Shown here: in pieces, positions 19,107-22,891 of the stretch | Layout: every line of letters begins with the position of its first letter | How positions within the stretch are numbered: the stretch's first letter is position 1 | NCBI GenBank assembly: GCA_052426225.1 | Contig: JBNJNM010000002.1 | Location: 1-22,891, forward strand | DNA from: Zancudomyces culisetae HAW-14-8 | Taxonomy: Eukaryota; Fungi; Kickxellomycota | Direction of reading: 5' to 3' | DNA: 22,891 nt | Notes under the pieces: model-generated | What the model saw: only the letters and a program-made list of their open reading frames with translations | What the model was told of the DNA's origin: nothing | Database searches by the model: none | Translations under genes and position numbers: made by a program

Positions 19107-19513
19107 ATATATTTTTCAGCTAATGTGATGGCTGAGTTTGGTATAGCACTGATTGTGTCAGTTATACTCAGGTCTCGGATCACCTAACTAGTTCTGTTTG
19201 CCGTAATATGAATGTTTTTAATAACTTTTATTATTGTTGTAATAATAATAAAACACTAAGTAAACTATCTCAATGTAGTGTTAATTTCAATTACTAAGTA
19301 TGTAAAAAACGTATATGTAAAGTATATTCTGTTAAGCAAGGCTTCAGATGCTATTTTCGTTGTCCACTTCGCTTTTATTCACTGATCGTTCAGATATTCA
19401 GCTTTACTATTATAAATATTTAGGTATAAAATAACTACGAGTTAATTGGTAGTTATATTATGCTAAGGAATCGCAATTGATTCGCTAGCAAAAAGTATGT
19501 AGCCGTTATACTA
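19107..19513 (+). repeat. Dispersed ~0.4-kb repeat of unknown type, copy 2
   Basis: Colinear conserved blocks with 14482-14856, separated by length-variable AT-rich spacers. Confidence 0.85.
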
Positions 19514-19574
19514 CAAACATCTAAAACTCACTCTATCAAAAAATTAAATTAGTATATTAGCTATATATTTAGCT

Positions 19575-19648
19575 TGCTCTGTACAGGGATCGAACCTGTG
19601 ACCTTGGCGTTATTAGCACCACGCTCTAACCAGCTGAGCTAACAGAGC
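19575..19648 (-). tRNA. tRNA-Ile(AAT), intronless
   Basis: Minus strand GCTCTGT-TAGCTCAGCTGGTTAGAGCG-TGGTG-CTAATAA-CGCCA-AGGTC-ACAGG-TTCGATC-CCTGT-ACAGAGC-A; 74-nt complete cloverleaf. Confidence 0.96.
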
Positions 19649-19654
19649 TGTCTC

Positions 19655-20028
19655 TGTCGAATAAACAGCTTTCTCTATTGTTTATTCTTATTATGATTAT
19701 TAATGTATTTAAAACTACTACTATATTGTATATTTATTTATAATGTTGTACTTATAGTATATAATGTAGCTAGACACAATATTATTTTGTTGAAAGATAA
19801 AATTTATTTTGAATGAAGTGGGGGATTCCTTTTACCCCCGATTTCTGATATAAAACTATGAAACTATAACTTAAACTAACTAACTAATAATCGTTGGACA
19901 AAAACCACAAGGGGAAAAAGGTCCAATCTAAAAATAAAGATAACCTATAAAAATCAATAACTAGATAGATAAAAATTGAGATGATAAATCTCAATCAATT
20001 TTAGTTCCCATCGTATTATTATACGACA
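19655..20028 (-). repeat. Putative 3' LTR of element D (374 bp)
   Basis: Terminal inverted repeat TGTCG/CGACA; follows PPT; shares blocks with A's LTR (CAAAAACCAC.AGGGG, GTCCAATCTAAAAATA, CCATCGTATT). Partner LTR is not in the window. Confidence 0.82.
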
Positions 20029-22889
20029 GAACCCCTCCTCCAGATTGGACTGGCAGGCCTAGTGTCTCTAAAGCGTTGTAACTTGGATCTCAGAGTGTTA
20101 CTTACTTCAGGAAGCATGTATTGTTTCTGACTATAGAGCTTTAACATATCTCCGTTTACGATATCACGATTTCCTTCGCTGTCCGCAATATCGTAAGCAC
20201 CTAATCTTAGTCTCCTTTGTACATGATATGGGCCTTCCCATATCTGCTCTAACTTTGGTTGCGGTTGCTCAGTAAGCTTTAACACGATATCTCCCTCCTT
20301 GAAATACATTTCTCTAACTCCTTTATCATATGTCTTCTTCTCTTTTTCTTTTGAGGCAATACTATTTGCATAACCTGCTGATCTCATTTCTGGTATGTCC
20401 GTTTTGATGAATTCAATTCTTTCTTTAATTGCTAACTCAATATCACTAGGTTCAGCAGGAGGATTCCAAATCGTAGGAGTGAGTAATCTGACCCCATACA
20501 ATAATTCTGCTGGTGAATATGACGTCGTCCGATTTCGCATTGTTCTTACAGCTAATAACGTTTTCCAGAGATGCAGATCCCAGTTGCCTTTATCTCGATG
20601 ACATTGCTTTACCAATACGTTTTTAAGTGTTTGATTAAGACGCTCGACCTGTCCATTGCTCTGTGGACGGTACGAGGTCGTAGGTGTATGCTTTATATTA
20701 AGATATTCATATACTTTAGAAGTAAACTCACTTACAAAACCTGCTCCTCGATCGGTAATTATCTGATCTGGAACTCCAAAATGTTGCACAATGTGTGTTA
20801 TGATAAAGTTGATTATGGTCGTTGACTGAATGTTCTCTACTGCCTGCGCTACTGGCCACTTTGTCATATAATCTATGCCAGTTAAAATAAATCTATTTCC
20901 CTTCTTTGAAATTGGTCTTATGGGACCAACTGCGTCTAGACCAAAAATCTGGAATGGCCTATTTGCCTGAATAGGGTGAAGGGGATTCCTTTTTTCCCTT
21001 CCTCCTTTATAGACTTGACAAGTATGACATTGTCCTACTACTGTTCTCGCCATGTCAAAAAGACCTTCACTTGTATATTTTTCCTTGGTTCTCCTCCAAG
21101 TGTTCTGTATGCCATCGTGATTCTCTTCATGAATTGCTTCTATAGTTTCCCTTATATTTTTTTCATGTAGCACCTCTTTTATATTCCCTTTGATAATCCT
21201 TACTAGCTTTCCATCCTTCACTCTGTATTTTTTAGCTCTATTTCTTAACTTGTTTCTAAACCCTTCATCTGCATTTCGTGGGTAACTATAGTCATTCAGA
21301 TAGTTAATAATAGCTTGATAGTATAAAAAATCCAAAGTAAATATATCAATCTTATCTCTATTTGATTTGCTAATCTCTGGTCCTAAACGTGATAAGGCGT
21401 CTGCGGGGTTGCTTTTTCCTTCGCAATGGACAATAGTATAATCGTAGTTACGAAGTATCATAGCCCAACGGGCTACTCTACCTGTAATTTCTGTTGAATT
21501 GAAAAGTTGAATTAATGACTTATGGTCAGTACGCACGGTAAAGTGCTTACCCCATAAATAATACTTTAACTTCTTGATACTCCAGACAACTGCAAGACCT
21601 TCCAAATGAGAAATAGAATAATTTCTTTCATGTTGGTTTGTGATTCGGCTCACATAACAAATTGGTCTTTCTCCTTCATCGTAACTCTGTGACAATATAC
21701 CTCCAATGCCTGTAACTGATGCATCAGTAGTTACTATAAATTCTCGGCTCCAGTCAGGATGTGCCAAGGTTGGTGCATTCGTTAATTCATGTTTGATTTT
21801 TGTAACTGCTTGTCCGCATTCAGGTGTCCATTTCCATTCTGTTCCTTTTTTTAACAGTTTTAACAATGGCGCAACAATTTTAGAAAACCCATTTACGTAT
21901 TTTCTATAAAAACCAATTAGCCCTAAAAAGGACTGTAACTCCTTTACTGTGGTAGGTAATTTTGCTTTTTCAATTGATTCCACCTTAGCCTTACTTGTCC
22001 TTAGACCTTGTGGCGACACGACATGTCCCAAGTATTCCAACTCCTTCATTCCAATGAAACACTTGTCAGTATGTAATTGTACTTTACTTTTTCGCAATAA
22101 ATCAAATATTTCCTGGAGATGCAATAAATGACTTTCAATATTTTCTGAGTAGATGATAATATCATCCACAAAGACTACAGCAAACTTCCAAAGCACAGGA
22201 GATAGAACCTTCTCCATCATACGTTGAAAAGACGCGGGACTGTTTGTCAAACCGAATGGCATGACATTATAGCAGTACGTCCCGGTACCCGGAATAGAGA
22301 ACGCTGTTTTCAATCTATCCTCTTTGGCCATGCGGATTTGCCAAAATCCGCTAAGAGCGTCTAGAGTTGAAAACACTGATGAACCAGACAATGCCATGAA
22401 AATATCCTCCATCGTCGGCAGCGGATAGGAATCCTTCTTTGTTTGTAAATTCAGCCTCCTATAATCAGTGCACACACGCAGTTTGCCATTTTTTTTCCAA
22501 ATGGTAACAACTGGTGCACACCATTCAGACACACACTGGGAAATTATTCCTTTCTCTTCCATTTTCTTGAGTTCGTCGCGTACCTTGCTATACAAATGGT
22601 GCGGAATTCTGTATGGTTTAAGCTTTACTGGGGTTTCGTCATTCAACAATATTCTATGTTCAGCTTCCTCAGTCTGTGTCAATTGCTCAATGTCATCGGC
22701 AAAGATATCACTATTATCTTGTTTAATTTTGTCAAACCGCATATCATTGTAGCGCTGCAGCCCATTTATTTCTGCTACTTCTTCTTTAAGAACATAATAA
22801 AGCTCGGATGTATTTTTGCTAGAGGGCAACGAGGGAGCTGAAGTATGTAAAGGTACTATCAACTCAAACTGTTCAACTGGCAGTTTCAT
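20019..22889 (-). CDS. pol: Pol of element D (RT, RNase H, integrase), 5'-partial at the window edge
   Basis: LRVCTDYRRLN, FVDD, TTDAS, ADALSR, HEENH..CHTC, GLDAVGP, TDRG, SNGQVERLN, WEGPY; the first Met aligns with an internal position of A and C. Confidence 0.95.
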   Translation of the reverse strand: MKLPVEQFELIVPLHTSAPSLPSSKNTSELYYVLKEEVAEINGLQRYNDMRFDKIKQDNSDIFADDIEQLTQTEEAEHRILLNDETPVKLKPYRIPHHLYSKVRDELKKMEEKGIISQCVSEWCAPVVTIWKKNGKLRVCTDYRRLNLQTKKDSYPLPTMEDIFMALSGSSVFSTLDALSGFWQIRMAKEDRLKTAFSIPGTGTYCYNVMPFGLTNSPASFQRMMEKVLSPVLWKFAVVFVDDIIIYSENIESHLLHLQEIFDLLRKSKVQLHTDKCFIGMKELEYLGHVVSPQGLRTSKAKVESIEKAKLPTTVKELQSFLGLIGFYRKYVNGFSKIVAPLLKLLKKGTEWKWTPECGQAVTKIKHELTNAPTLAHPDWSREFIVTTDASVTGIGGILSQSYDEGERPICYVSRITNQHERNYSISHLEGLAVVWSIKKLKYYLWGKHFTVRTDHKSLIQLFNSTEITGRVARWAMILRNYDYTIVHCEGKSNPADALSRLGPEISKSNRDKIDIFTLDFLYYQAIINYLNDYSYPRNADEGFRNKLRNRAKKYRVKDGKLVRIIKGNIKEVLHEKNIRETIEAIHEENHDGIQNTWRRTKEKYTSEGLFDMARTVVGQCHTCQVYKGGREKRNPLHPIQANRPFQIFGLDAVGPIRPISKKGNRFILTGIDYMTKWPVAQAVENIQSTTIINFIITHIVQHFGVPDQIITDRGAGFVSEFTSKVYEYLNIKHTPTTSYRPQSNGQVERLNQTLKNVLVKQCHRDKGNWDLHLWKTLLAVRTMRNRTTSYSPAELLYGVRLLTPTIWNPPAEPSDIELAIKERIEFIKTDIPEMRSAGYANSIASKEKEKKTYDKGVREMYFKEGDIVLKLTEQPQPKLEQIWEGPYHVQRRLRLGAYDIADSEGNRDIVNGDMLKLYSQKQYMLPEVSNTLRSKLQRFRDTRPASPIWRRGSVV
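20032..20041 (-). promoter_or_regulatory. Polypurine tract of element D
   Basis: GGAGGAGGGG followed by TTC and TGTCG. Confidence 0.78.
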
Positions 22890-22891
22890 TT

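Larger units (their letters stand above)
19655..22891 (-). mobile_element. Ty3/gypsy LTR retrotransposon D, relative of A; 5' part lies outside the window
   Basis: Pol colinear with A and C; PPT+TTC; putative 3' LTR TGTCGTAT...ATTCGACA. Confidence 0.92.

Noticed and set aside
19120-19190. A third functional tRNA gene
   Set aside because: No acceptor stem, shortened anticodon loop and non-canonical T-loop; kept only as a tRNA-like repeat head.
431-22841. Many 60-136 aa ORFs antisense or out of frame within gag, pol and transposase
   Set aside because: Shadow ORFs of long coding regions with no recognisable motifs.

Overview
AT-rich eukaryotic DNA (standard genetic code, CCA-less tRNA genes; a fungus-like host is only an inference) made up almost entirely of transposable elements around two convergent tRNA genes. 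Left to right: Ty3/gypsy element A (minus strand, 329-bp shared LTR core, gag-pol broken by a 1-nt frameshift); a non-autonomous LTR element B encoding only Gag+protease (766-bp LTRs, TSD TAGA) inserted 2 nt inside the outer end of A's 5' LTR; intact single-ORF Ty3/gypsy element C (419-bp LTRs) ending 8 nt before tRNA-Leu(CAA); a 5.2-kb spacer with two diverged copies of an unexplained ~0.4-kb repeat, gypsy relics and a complete Tc1 (DD34E) transposon; tRNA-Ile(AAT) on the minus strand; and Ty3/gypsy element D, whose 3' LTR ends 6 nt upstream of that tRNA. The main signal is four separate LTR insertions within about 6-17 nt of a tRNA 5' end, three stacked at one site. This suggests a Pol III/tRNA-gene-targeting Ty3/gypsy lineage plus an RT/integrase-less passenger using the same targeting. 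All comparisons were done by eye; no database searches were run.
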